Below, one piece after another: positions 38,514 to 48,201 of a stretch of 64,000 bases of DNA. Made by a program: the position numbers and the translations under genes. The stretch lies in IMG/VR virus record IMGVR_UViG_3300027804_002460, positions 1,513 through 65,512 of that record; one strand, written 5' to 3'. The notes under the pieces were generated by a model. That model was not told where the DNA came from and searched no databases. It saw only the letters and a program-made list of their open reading frames with translations. Source of the DNA: a virus. Taxonomy: Duplodnaviria; Caudoviricetes. How positions within the stretch are numbered: position 1 is the stretch's first letter; every line of letters starts with the position of its first letter.

Positions 38514-40100
38514 TTATTTTATTTTTCCCATTAAATCCTTCATTCTCAAGAATTGAGGATTTTCATAAGTTTTTGATTCAATTAAGTTTACCGCTGAACC
38601 TGTTTCAACAGTTCTATTTACAGTTCTTTCAATTGATTCAGTTATTTTTTGTTCTGATGAAGAGCCAGTTGAGTTTAACTCATTTTTAATAACTCTGTAC
38701 AGATTTTTTGATTCTTTTAAAGATTCAACATTATCAAATCTTCTTAAGATGTTAACTTTTTCTTGTTTAGTAGTTGAATGTTCAGTGAACAAACGAGTAG
38801 CGTATGCCAAATTAGAGTTAAACACAGCAACTTCATTCAATTTAGTTCTAAAAACGTCAAGTGCTTTTTTGTACTCATCATTTTTATTTTTTAATAATTG
38901 AACTTCTTCATTAACTCTTGTGTTAGGTCTTTGTCTAATTTCTTTTCTATTCACATTTTGGTCAGAACCTTTTCTGTTACCAACTTTGTTAGCTCTAGGA
39001 TAACTATTAGTTCTCACAGCTTCTTTAGTTTCTTTCTTTTCATAGTCTTTATAGTGACCATCTTTATCACCTACTTTGTGACCTTTACTTCTCTTGTAGT
39101 CACCTTTGTTACCACCCCACTCTTTTTCTTCTTTATATTCAAATTTAGCTTTACCTGTACCCATTGCTTTAATTCCTTTTCCAAAAGCTTCTTTTCTTTT
39201 TTCATTGAAACCTCCAGGTTTTTTGTCATAGCTAAATTTTGGACCTTTTCCAATTCCAACACCTTTTGGTTTAACAGATTTTTTAATTGATTCCATGATA
39301 CCTTCCATGTCAAACTCAGCTTCCATTTCCATCATTTCATCTTCTTCTTCCATCATGTCGTATTCCATCATGTCATCTTCTTCTTCAAGACCTAAACCGC
39401 CTTTGATAGCACCTGTTGCAGCACCACCCCAAGACCATTCGTCAAGTTCGTCAGAACCCATCATGTCATCTTCCATCATGTCATCTTCCATTTCCATCAT
39501 GTCATCTTCCATTTCCATCATGTCGTCGGATCCGTCCATTTCTATTTCGTAAATTGTTTCATTCATATCTTCTTCAGATTCACCCAATTGGATCATGTAT
39601 TCGTTATCACCGTCTGTAAGATGAACTGTATTCTCACCTTCTTTTTTCACAACGATTCCATCATTATCACCCATAGCTTTAAAAACTCTTAAGACTTCAG
39701 CGTCAGAAGCTCCTGTCATATCGATAGTTTCTTCATCTTCCATTTCGTCTCCTTCCATGTCCACATCTTCAACTTCGTCTTCACCTTCCATATCAGAATC
39801 TTCAGTGTCCATTTCCATTTCAGCATCAGCCTCCATATCATCGTCCATTTCTTCATCTTCCATTTCAGTTTCTGTGTCCATTTCGGCCTCTCCACCTGTT
39901 ACGGGTTCATCTTGCTCATCAATCTCCTCATCTTTTTTTGATTCTTTAAGAGATTCTTTTACTAATTGTTTGATTTCTTCACTCATTGTCGATTGAAGTA
40001 TTCCTTTTGCATTTTCTTGTAAGGTCTCTTCCAAATTTCTAATTTGGTAAAGAGCATCCTCTACTACATTTTGGTTATTTGCCATATTTGTATTTTTCAT
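38514..40100 (-). CDS. Prohead core/scaffold protein (gp22-like)
   Basis: Very acidic 528 aa ORF between protease and capsid genes; C-terminal LNEVAVFNSNLAYATRLF coiled coil. Confidence 0.75.
   Translation of the reverse strand: MKNTNMANNQNVVEDALYQIRNLEETLQENAKGILQSTMSEEIKQLVKESLKESKKDEEIDEQDEPVTGGEAEMDTETEMEDEEMDDDMEADAEMEMDTEDSDMEGEDEVEDVDMEGDEMEDEETIDMTGASDAEVLRVFKAMGDNDGIVVKKEGENTVHLTDGDNEYMIQLGESEEDMNETIYEIEMDGSDDMMEMEDDMMEMEDDMMEDDMMGSDELDEWSWGGAATGAIKGGLGLEEEDDMMEYDMMEEEDEMMEMEAEFDMEGIMESIKKSVKPKGVGIGKGPKFSYDKKPGGFNEKRKEAFGKGIKAMGTGKAKFEYKEEKEWGGNKGDYKRSKGHKVGDKDGHYKDYEKKETKEAVRTNSYPRANKVGNRKGSDQNVNRKEIRQRPNTRVNEEVQLLKNKNDEYKKALDVFRTKLNEVAVFNSNLAYATRLFTEHSTTKQEKVNILRRFDNVESLKESKNLYRVIKNELNSTGSSSEQKITESIERTVNRTVETGSAVNLIESKTYENPQFLRMKDLMGKIK
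39459..39530 (-). repeat. 21-nt coding tandem repeat (DDMMEME)
   Basis: CATCATGTCATCTTCCATTTC units. Confidence 0.7.
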
Positions 40101-40159
40101 TTATTATCAAATAAATATCATGGATTTTAAAAAAAATTTATTTCTTGGGTATTTCAGAC

Positions 40160-40197
40160 AAAAAAAAATGGGAGAAGACATTTTTGTCAACTCCCAT
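40160..40197 (-). terminator. Intrinsic terminator
   Basis: ATGGGAG..GACA-TTTT-TGTC..CTCCCAT hairpin with an A run on the + strand. Confidence 0.65.
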
Positions 40198-40218
40198 TCC
40201 TTTAAATTCTTGTTACTA

Positions 40219-40431
40219 TTAACCTTCTATAACCTCATCAATTTTTGATTCGACGATTGCGGTGATTCTCCAATCCATAGAATAATTTTCGTAAACCTTG
40301 GTAACTTTAGCTTCAACATCAGTAGGTGAGTACCCACGAACCAATTTTTCTTCTCTCAGCTTTTTAATCTTACCTGTGTTCTCATCAACCATATCAGTGG
40401 TGATTTTTGCTACAAAATATTTTTCGTCCAT
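40219..40431 (-). CDS. DUF4494-like small protein
   Basis: YFVAKI...GKIKKLREEKLVRGYSPTDVEAKV resembles Bacteroidota DUF4494 (from memory). Confidence 0.5.
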   Translation of the reverse strand: MDEKYFVAKITTDMVDENTGKIKKLREEKLVRGYSPTDVEAKVTKVYENYSMDWRITAIVESKIDEVIEG

Positions 40432-40437
40432 AATTAA

Positions 40438-41166
40438 TTATTTATTCAAATAATCGGACAATCTATTCATTAAGTCAAGTGATTTTGATCCTGTTTCACC
40501 AATATGTCTTTCGGCTTGCATTTTTTTCTCCTCATCTAAATTCTCTTCGTAATTCATTCTTTCGTCTTTATCTCTGAAAAGATATGCTCCTGGCGTGGAT
40601 GGAGATGATACTAAGTCAAAACAAATTAATTCAAAATCATCCTGTACTTCGTTTTGTTCACCAACTTTTTTAAGAGACCCAACACCACGAGAAGATATAC
40701 CTAATGTTACACCTTGACGAAGATAGTTAGCTGCTAAATCCCCTTTTGTTGATACAATACCTCTTTCGTGAAAACCAGGACTTGTAAGTAATTTCAATTT
40801 ACCTAATAACACAGGACCTTCCCACCATATATCGGTAATGGCGTGGGATACTCGATCTAAATCTATTAGAGATGATTCAGGGTGATTTAACTCAGAAAGA
40901 GCGGTTCCTTTTTGAATCATCTTTTTATAATTGTCAGCTTCTCTTTTGAGAATCTTTTCAGGGTAAACTCTCCCGTTTCTATTTGGGGTATTGTATTTTT
41001 GTAATACCGCATAAAACTCAAATGGTTTTGAATGGTCTAACATATCTCTGTTCTCTCTAATCATAGATAAGTTTCTTCTTTCATTTGGGTCTATATATCC
41101 TGCGTCATACTCAACAAGAATTCCTTTTCCTGAATCTCTTGGTCCTAATATTTTTAAATCGCTCAT
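40438..41166 (-). CDS. Prohead maturation protease (T4 gp21-like)
   Basis: NRNGRVYP, ELNHP, GISSRGVGS, FDLVSSPS. Confidence 0.93.
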   Translation of the reverse strand: MSDLKILGPRDSGKGILVEYDAGYIDPNERRNLSMIRENRDMLDHSKPFEFYAVLQKYNTPNRNGRVYPEKILKREADNYKKMIQKGTALSELNHPESSLIDLDRVSHAITDIWWEGPVLLGKLKLLTSPGFHERGIVSTKGDLAANYLRQGVTLGISSRGVGSLKKVGEQNEVQDDFELICFDLVSSPSTPGAYLFRDKDERMNYEENLDEEKKMQAERHIGETGSKSLDLMNRLSDYLNK

Positions 41167-41187
41167 TTAATATTTTATTTATAAATA

Positions 41188-41655
41188 CTAAACAGTTTCA
41201 GTTTCTTTCTTAACAAGTTTTTGATTTCCGTTTTTTGTAAGAAAACATTTGAAGTATCTGTTTTTACTAAAAACATCACTGTAAACTTCTTTGATTAAAT
41301 TTTTAACTGATTTTTTTAATTTTGGTGATTTGAAATCCATTGGTTCTAATACAAATAAATTTATTTCTAAATTCATGAAGGATTTCTTTTTTAATTGTAG
41401 TCCGCTTGTTCTGAGGTCTAAATCTACAATAAATTTTGTGTCAAATGTATCTTTGTTTATATTTTCTAACACACAGTGTTTAACTGATCTTGTCATATTT
41501 AAAACAACTCTGTTCCAATTTTCCACTTCTTCTTTAGGTTCTACCCATGTTTGGATGTTGATATAAATTGACTTTAAGTTTTGAGAATCAATAGTCCCAT
41601 ATTGGGCTTTGAATGTTCGATATCCACTTAATTTTGTGGTTTTTCCTTTTTTCAT
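41188..41655 (-). CDS. Hypothetical protein
   Basis: 155 aa ORF in the head module. Confidence 0.7.
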   Translation of the reverse strand: MKKGKTTKLSGYRTFKAQYGTIDSQNLKSIYINIQTWVEPKEEVENWNRVVLNMTRSVKHCVLENINKDTFDTKFIVDLDLRTSGLQLKKKSFMNLEINLFVLEPMDFKSPKLKKSVKNLIKEVYSDVFSKNRYFKCFLTKNGNQKLVKKETETV

Positions 41656-41735
41656 AGAATTTTTTCATGCTCTGAATGTTTATTTTTGATTAAATCTAAC
41701 AAATATTTATATTTATATCAACAACCAAAAATTTT

Positions 41736-41921
41736 ATGTTATTAGTAGAAGTAAAAAAAGGAAACATTGAGAAGGCCCTAAAAGACCTGAAAGGAAAAGT
41801 TATTAGAACCAAACAAAACGCGGCTTTGTTTGAAAGAAAAGAGTTTGTAAAACCTTCAGTTAAGAAAAGAGCCCAAATCATTAAGGCTTCCTATATTCAA
41901 AAATTAAAGTCCCTCGTTTAG
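41736..41921 (+). CDS. rpsU: Ribosomal protein bS21
   Basis: MLLVEVKKGNIEKALKDLKGK...RKEFVKPSVKKRAQIIKASY matches bS21; sits opposite to the surrounding head genes. Confidence 0.9.
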   Translation: MLLVEVKKGNIEKALKDLKGKVIRTKQNAALFERKEFVKPSVKKRAQIIKASYIQKLKSLV

Positions 41922-42614
41922 TTTTCCTAACTTATAGTAATTCAATTCGTTAAACGATTCGTTTTGCAATTTGTTTAAAACTTGATCTATAGTCTTTGAC
42001 GTTTCTTCGTCTGAGCTATCTTTTTGCGAGTTTAATTTCTCAAAAACATCTAACTTCAATTTATTATAGTTTTCGATTAAAGTTTCTTTTGGTGTGGATA
42101 ACAATTTTTTTAATTCTTTTCTTTCAGATTCAGAAAGTGACTGAATGTATCTTTCTACAGTTTTGTTTGCAACATTTACCATAGATTTTAGAGGTACATT
42201 AATTATCTCTTTCTTTTCTTGTTCTTTAGTTTTTAAATTTTCTAAAATAATTTTTTTACTTTTAATTTTGTTTTCTAAAGTTAAAACATTTGTTGAGAAT
42301 AGATTATCAATTTCTTTGTATGTATTTTCACACTGAACATGACCAACCCACATTTTAATTTCTGTTACACTGAAAGGAGAAACTTTATTATATAAGTTCT
42401 CATATGCCGTTATTGATTCATTTATGAATTCATTAGCAACACTTTCTTGAAGCCCTTTATTACTTGATAATTCGTCGTACAAGAAAAATATTTTTGATAT
42501 ATTTTTGTTTTTTAACACTAACTCCTCAAATACAAATAAGTTATCCTTTAAAGTTCCTTTTTTATAAGATTCAGTTAGGTAGGTTTCTATTTTTGATTTT
42601 AATTCTCCGAACAT
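41904..42614 (-). CDS. Hypothetical protein (head module)
   Basis: 236 aa helical ORF; TATTTATT 21 nt upstream. Confidence 0.7.
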   Translation of the reverse strand: MFGELKSKIETYLTESYKKGTLKDNLFVFEELVLKNKNISKIFFLYDELSSNKGLQESVANEFINESITAYENLYNKVSPFSVTEIKMWVGHVQCENTYKEIDNLFSTNVLTLENKIKSKKIILENLKTKEQEKKEIINVPLKSMVNVANKTVERYIQSLSESERKELKKLLSTPKETLIENYNKLKLDVFEKLNSQKDSSDEETSKTIDQVLNKLQNESFNELNYYKLGKLNEGL

Positions 42615-42635
42615 TTTTGTTTTTTCTAATAAATA

Positions 42636-43082
42636 TCAACTAAGTTTATTTATTTCATCTATTTCCGTGTCAGCAGTTTCTTCATCAAATTCCTCTCGGT
42701 CAATCATTTCACCATCCCACCAATCACCACCACCATACCAAGAGATGAAATCTTCAAAATCGTCTTCTTTATCTAAATAACTTTTGTAGGTGTTTTTCCA
42801 ATATTCTCTAACACTAATAGTCGCATATCTTTTTGTAATAATTTCATATTCATGCACTTTAGGTATTTTAAGTTCTTCGGTTAAAAAATTTGGATTTTCT
42901 CTATACAACGCAAAAATAAATTCAATATCTTGGGCTTTAGCATCTATTCCAATGTCATCAAAAATTTGTCTTATAACTCTTTGATTTGCATGTGAAAACA
43001 AATCCCCACTATCTATACCTTCATCCATTCTTTTAAGAATAAACTTCATATTTTTTTCAGTAAGATTTTTAAATTTACTCAT
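42636..43082 (-). CDS. Hypothetical protein
   Basis: 148 aa ORF; TATTTATT 11 nt upstream. Confidence 0.7.
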   Translation of the reverse strand: MSKFKNLTEKNMKFILKRMDEGIDSGDLFSHANQRVIRQIFDDIGIDAKAQDIEFIFALYRENPNFLTEELKIPKVHEYEIITKRYATISVREYWKNTYKSYLDKEDDFEDFISWYGGGDWWDGEMIDREEFDEETADTEIDEINKLS

Positions 43083-43093
43083 GTTAATAAATA

Positions 43094-44902
43094 TTAATCA
43101 CCAAGAAGTTTATTTAATTCATCTTCAATAAGACCTAAAGATCCGTTCATTTTTTTAAAATCTAAAAACTCATCTTCATCAAAATCATCATCTTTAGATT
43201 CTAATATTAGTTTATTTTTTTCTTTTCTAATACTTTCAGGAACTGTTGGTGCTGCTTCTGCAGGTGCTGCTTCTGCAGGTGCCGCTTCGGCTCCTGGTGC
43301 CGCCTCAACCCCTGGTGCTGCAGGTGCTGTAGGTGTCATTGTTCCACCTGTTACAGGTTTATAAAGTCTATCTACAGTATCAAAAATACCTGTTTTTGTA
43401 ATGATTGTTGCGGTATTATCAAGTTCAGTAGAAACCGCTCTCTCCATTCTAATTTGTTGTAACTCAAGTTTAATTTCTTCATCTGAGAAACCAAAGATAT
43501 GTTTCTTCGCCCAAGTAGCTGAAACAGGTTGGATTGATTTTGGAATTTCACTAACCATATCTTTGTATAGTGTTACTTTTTCTTTCCAAACATCAATCAT
43601 TAACAAGTCGGCTTGTTTCGATGGGTTTGTAAGTTGTAAAGTAAAATTTGACAACTCATCCTCAAATCCCATAAGGAATAAGTGGATGATTGCAATTTTG
43701 TTCATTTCTGCAATTGCAGATTTTTGAATTCTATTGATTGTTCTTGCAAAACGAATATCTAATAATGATAAGTTTTTACCATCACCTACAGGTTCCTCAA
43801 ATCCTAAATAAGCTTTAGGAATACGAAGTGCTGTAACTAATTTCTTTTGGATATATTCAATATCTGCAATTTCAGATAAGTTTTGTGCTCCCTGTAAAGT
43901 TTCAATCGGACTTTGTTGTGCCGGATCACGTACAGGAATAAAGTAATCTTGATCTACCGCCATTTGGTTAAATCGTAAATCCACATTTCCTGTTTTTCTA
44001 TCAACAACTTGATCTCTTTTAAATTTGTTTGCAACTCTTTGTACGTATGGTTCTACGTCTTTGTCATCCATGTTACCAACGTAAACTTTAAATACTCTTC
44101 TTTCAGGTGCTCTTGATGTTCTATAAATTAACATCGCATCTTCTGCCAATACTAACTGTTTCCAAATACGACGAGCTTTTTCTAACATCGATGTTCCATA
44201 AGGTAGTTTTCTATCATCACCCAATAATCTAAAGTGAGCGACCTCCCAAGTATTAAATTCTGTGTCTCTTGCTTTCCATGCGAACTTTAAAGCCTTTCTG
44301 TTTAAATTCATTGTAGCTTGGTATGTTCTTGAGTCAACACCTCTTTCTAATCTTTCAATTTCAATATTAGGTAGTTGTAAACATCCTGTAACTCCTTTTT
44401 CAGGGTCCAATTTTAAATAAACAAAATTATCACCATACTTACACATGTTTCTAATCCACATAGGTAAGTTGGTGTTTATATCTAAAGTATTGATGAATAA
44501 ATCAACTAATATACTTTTTATTCTTTTGGATTCTGAGTAAACCTGTAAAACATAACCGTTTTGATCAGGTGTTGTTGATTCCTCAGCATAGATATCTAAA
44601 GCAGTTGATATCTCAGGAGTATATTCCATCGATTCATAGTCATAGAATGCGGCTAATCTTGTTGGTTCGTAATATACGGCTTGAGTATATAAATTATTTT
44701 CTACTTTAGCCCAATTACCACTTAAATAAAGAGATTGCTGATTTTGAAGTTTTGCCTTTTCGTATTCAGCTTTATCTTGAGTTTTTAAAATTTCTTTTTT
44801 ATCTAACTTGTAATCAGGTTGACCTTGACCTAATGTAGAATCAGGTCCAAAAGTCGTAGCTAACCTTTGCCAAACCGTTAGATTTTTATTGTTATTTTCC
44901 AT
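43094..44902 (-). CDS. Portal protein (T4 gp20-like)
   Basis: YGTSMLEKARRIWKQL...EDAMLIYRTSRAPERRVFKVYVG...DYFIPVR...ALRIPK. Confidence 0.95.
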   Translation of the reverse strand: MENNNKNLTVWQRLATTFGPDSTLGQGQPDYKLDKKEILKTQDKAEYEKAKLQNQQSLYLSGNWAKVENNLYTQAVYYEPTRLAAFYDYESMEYTPEISTALDIYAEESTTPDQNGYVLQVYSESKRIKSILVDLFINTLDINTNLPMWIRNMCKYGDNFVYLKLDPEKGVTGCLQLPNIEIERLERGVDSRTYQATMNLNRKALKFAWKARDTEFNTWEVAHFRLLGDDRKLPYGTSMLEKARRIWKQLVLAEDAMLIYRTSRAPERRVFKVYVGNMDDKDVEPYVQRVANKFKRDQVVDRKTGNVDLRFNQMAVDQDYFIPVRDPAQQSPIETLQGAQNLSEIADIEYIQKKLVTALRIPKAYLGFEEPVGDGKNLSLLDIRFARTINRIQKSAIAEMNKIAIIHLFLMGFEDELSNFTLQLTNPSKQADLLMIDVWKEKVTLYKDMVSEIPKSIQPVSATWAKKHIFGFSDEEIKLELQQIRMERAVSTELDNTATIITKTGIFDTVDRLYKPVTGGTMTPTAPAAPGVEAAPGAEAAPAEAAPAEAAPTVPESIRKEKNKLILESKDDDFDEDEFLDFKKMNGSLGLIEDELNKLLGD

Positions 44903-44939
44903 ATTAAAAGTTTAACTATAGATATAAATATTTCAATAG

Positions 44940-45122
44940 TTAGTTAGTCGTCGATCCACTCAAAGATTGTAACGCTTCTTTTTGTGTAGGCGTTAGATCA
45001 TAAGGGTTTGTTTTTTTAAAAGTTACAGGAAATACTTTTTGTCCTGTTGTCACTTCACCTGAAACAACCAATCTTGATCCATTTGCAATTCTACCTGTTT
45101 TTGCTCTAAAATCTAGTCCCAT
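44940..45122 (-). CDS. Hypothetical protein
   Basis: 60 aa ORF between TerL and portal. Confidence 0.55.
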   Translation of the reverse strand: MGLDFRAKTGRIANGSRLVVSGEVTTGQKVFPVTFKKTNPYDLTPTQKEALQSLSGSTTN

Positions 45123-45126
45123 AATT

Positions 45127-46905
45127 TTATTTCATTAAACCACCAAATAACCAACCATATGTTTGATAGTCGTCTCTTGATGGACCATTATTATGTAATC
45201 CCATTCTATCTCTAAGTACATTCTGATTGGGTATTACAGGATCAAAATGTGCCTCTTTGGCAACCGCATCATTATTTACGACAGCCCAAGACTCAATCAT
45301 ATTTTTTGTGTGTTCAGTAGCTCTTTCTAATTTTGAAAATGAGGATTCTCCAACATATAACGCCATCGATATACCCATAATAAGGTCATCATGTTGTCCT
45401 TTTTGGTGATCAGGTCTACCGTTTATGTAGACAAATGTGTTCATCTCGTTATACAAACGAACACTTCTAATACCAAATTTATGTCTTACACTTTCCTCAA
45501 ATGCTGCAATAATCTGAACTCTTTTATTGTTAAAGTTAATACCTGGAATCTTATCAGCCGAAGTTTTATTTACCGCCCATATATTCATAGAATCAACTCC
45601 ATCAATATATAAACTTTTATAACCCAACTCTTGCATTTTTCTAACTGTCGTTATACCCATACCACCGGTGATATCGACAACAACAAAAGCATTATACATC
45701 ATACCCCACTTATATGCGACTTCTGCTAAAGTATCAGGTGGAATTTTTCCTACATACTCTAAGACTTGTTCTCTTTCGTCAAAATCAATTATTTGAATAG
45801 ATGAAAAGTCTTCACTATCACCTCGAGAAACATCAACACCCATAATGTACTTGTGACCTTCAATTGGTTCTTTCCAAATCCATAAGGAATTACCCATAAG
45901 TTTCGAAGGTGGTTCTTGTATTGTGTTTTCTTTAATAAACTCTAATTGTTTGTTATCAAATACGTTATCTCCTGAACCTAAAAATTCACAATTTAACTCT
46001 TGGTTAATTTTACGTTTATCGTATTTAAGTTTTTTAACCATTTTTTCATACCAAGAAGAACAAGGTTTGTATCCTTGACTAAAAAAATGTTTCATTTCAT
46101 CATAATCCCTATTAAATGGATCAGTATGAGCCCAAGAAATATTTTTTGATTCATCAAAATCTTCACGATTTAAAAGATAATGAACAATATCATCGGTTGG
46201 TACCAAATAAAGATCCTTGGTATATCTTGGATCTCTATACCAATACATCTCAGAAATTTTGAAGTTATTCATTCCTTTCAATGATTGGTCATATATTTCA
46301 TAATAAATTGGGTCATATCCGTTTGGTGTAGAAACCACAATTACCTTACCCCCTGTGGATAAGGATGCCATACAAGCCGCCCAGAAATCACTATCGGCTT
46401 CGATAAACGCCGCTTCATCAAATACAAGAATTGTTGGGGTAAATCCACGAAGGGCATCTTTTGATGTTGCCACCGCTTTAACCTCAGATCCGTTATTTAA
46501 TTTATAATGTCTTTGTGAATTTTTATCGTTTGAGAATCCAGCTCCCACCCAATTTGGCCATTGATCAACAAAGGCTCTAATCTTATTTGCCATTTCCATT
46601 GACGTATCAAGTTTGTTGGCAATAATTAGAATTTTTTCAGGTTGAGTTTTTTTAGCAAATACCAATCGTTTAGATATCCAAGCTGCGGTTACTGTTGATA
46701 CTCCGGCCTGACGATACTTTAACGCAATGTTTTCTTCAAATTTTTCGTAGTCATCTAACAATGATACTTGATCAGGAAATAGTTCCAAAGGAACGTATTT
46801 GGATACTGTGTTATCGTATGTTTGTAAATACGTTCTCAGAGCATATGGAGTATCACTCATACACCTAGCGTATTCAATTAAGACTTGTTCTTTAGTTAAT
46901 CCCAT
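45127..46905 (-). CDS. terL: Terminase large subunit
   Basis: LKYRQAGVST (Walker A variant), LVFDEAAF (Walker B), VSTPNG, MGVDVSRG...D, HDDLIM nuclease motifs. Confidence 0.95.
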   Translation of the reverse strand: MGLTKEQVLIEYARCMSDTPYALRTYLQTYDNTVSKYVPLELFPDQVSLLDDYEKFEENIALKYRQAGVSTVTAAWISKRLVFAKKTQPEKILIIANKLDTSMEMANKIRAFVDQWPNWVGAGFSNDKNSQRHYKLNNGSEVKAVATSKDALRGFTPTILVFDEAAFIEADSDFWAACMASLSTGGKVIVVSTPNGYDPIYYEIYDQSLKGMNNFKISEMYWYRDPRYTKDLYLVPTDDIVHYLLNREDFDESKNISWAHTDPFNRDYDEMKHFFSQGYKPCSSWYEKMVKKLKYDKRKINQELNCEFLGSGDNVFDNKQLEFIKENTIQEPPSKLMGNSLWIWKEPIEGHKYIMGVDVSRGDSEDFSSIQIIDFDEREQVLEYVGKIPPDTLAEVAYKWGMMYNAFVVVDITGGMGITTVRKMQELGYKSLYIDGVDSMNIWAVNKTSADKIPGINFNNKRVQIIAAFEESVRHKFGIRSVRLYNEMNTFVYINGRPDHQKGQHDDLIMGISMALYVGESSFSKLERATEHTKNMIESWAVVNNDAVAKEAHFDPVIPNQNVLRDRMGLHNNGPSRDDYQTYGWLFGGLMK

Positions 46906-46943
46906 ATTACATAAATATCAATTCAGGGATTTTGTTGTAAAGA

Positions 46944-47810
46944 CTATTTTTTACCGATAGAAAACATTTTACCTATAGGTAGTTCCATTGGTGCCTCATC
47001 AGAAAACATTGTGACTTTTTTTGGTCTACGAATTATCATAGACTTCATTTTTTTAGATTTTTTTTTTACTGTCTCAATAATATCTTTTTTAGTCATTTTT
47101 GGTGAGATATTATTATCTACCATTTCTGATATTTTTTTTTCCAGAAATTTTTCAAACTGCTCTTTTGTTTCTTTCTTTTTACTTTTGACAGTTTTTTCAG
47201 GGTGTTTTTTTTCTGGCATATTTTTATATTGTTTTTTTGACGTTGAGTCAGAAAACTCTTTTGCCATTTTACACCACTTACATTTCTTATCTGAACATTT
47301 GTTACAACGAGCCCAAAATAAACCTTGTTGAGCTTTAGACTCAAACTTTTCATTAATTGTCGATTCAGCCATACCCATCATTGATCTATTTTCACCAGAA
47401 TCGTCTCCCATACCATCATCAGCCATATCATTTGCATCATGTGGTGGTTCTTGACCTGTATATTTTTGTAAATTAACTTTTCCTTGAGCATTTGATGTAG
47501 TAACACCATCGGTTTCATCTTCAGATAATTCTTTTTCAACAACTTCAACAGTACCTGGTTGTGCGTTTGGTACAGGTTTTAAACTTACAGTAGTTTGTCC
47601 AGGTTTTAAAGGAATGTTACCACCTTTAGGACCTACAATAGTTTTAGTTGTTTGTTGTTGTTGGACTTGTTCTTTGTTTTCTTCTTTTTTCATTTTTTTG
47701 AATTTCTCAAAAAGAAGATTTATTTGAGATTCAGTCATTACTGATACAGTCTTTGATGAAAGACCGTTTTCTATTAAAAATTTTATTTTGTTATTAGTTT
47801 TCATATACAA
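46944..47810 (-). CDS. Hypothetical protein (possible internal head protein)
   Basis: 288 aa; FESKAQQ...RCNKC...CKWC. Confidence 0.65.
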   Translation of the reverse strand: MYMKTNNKIKFLIENGLSSKTVSVMTESQINLLFEKFKKMKKEENKEQVQQQQTTKTIVGPKGGNIPLKPGQTTVSLKPVPNAQPGTVEVVEKELSEDETDGVTTSNAQGKVNLQKYTGQEPPHDANDMADDGMGDDSGENRSMMGMAESTINEKFESKAQQGLFWARCNKCSDKKCKWCKMAKEFSDSTSKKQYKNMPEKKHPEKTVKSKKKETKEQFEKFLEKKISEMVDNNISPKMTKKDIIETVKKKSKKMKSMIIRRPKKVTMFSDEAPMELPIGKMFSIGKK

Positions 47811-48201
47811 CTTCTTTTTCGAATTGTAATACTATATCTCTTTCATATAGTTTGTTTTTAACAGATTCTTCAGTTTCTCCAAATTGAAACACCAATCTTT
47901 TAACAATAGAAAAATCTACATTATCAGTTTCTTTTTCCCATCCCAAAGCAATTACTCCGTCCATAGAATCAATAACTGAAAATACATCAGAATCTTGAAC
48001 CAATTCAAATGATACCTCTTCATTAATCAAAGTACCAACTTTTTTAATATACTCTAAATCAGGTGGTAAAGGATATCCATTTGCTGGTTTAGATTCCCAA
48101 TTTTCTCCAAATACTTCTAAAGTGTCAGAAAAAATAAATTCATAAATGTTGTCCCCTTTATAATTGGGTCCTAAACCATTAATATAGATTAATTGATTCA
48201 T
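47794..48201 (-). CDS. Hypothetical protein
   Basis: 135 aa coupled ORF. Confidence 0.7.
   Translation of the reverse strand: MNQLIYINGLGPNYKGDNIYEFIFSDTLEVFGENWESKPANGYPLPPDLEYIKKVGTLINEEVSFELVQDSDVFSVIDSMDGVIALGWEKETDNVDFSIVKRLVFQFGETEESVKNKLYERDIVLQFEKEVVYEN

Noticed and set aside
38898-39996. + strand ORFs overlapping the scaffold gene
   Set aside because: Ser/Ile/Phe-rich antisense products of an acidic low-complexity gene.
36537-46905. Inteins or introns in MCP, portal or TerL
   Set aside because: Frames are continuous, with no intein C..HN motifs or homing endonuclease signatures.
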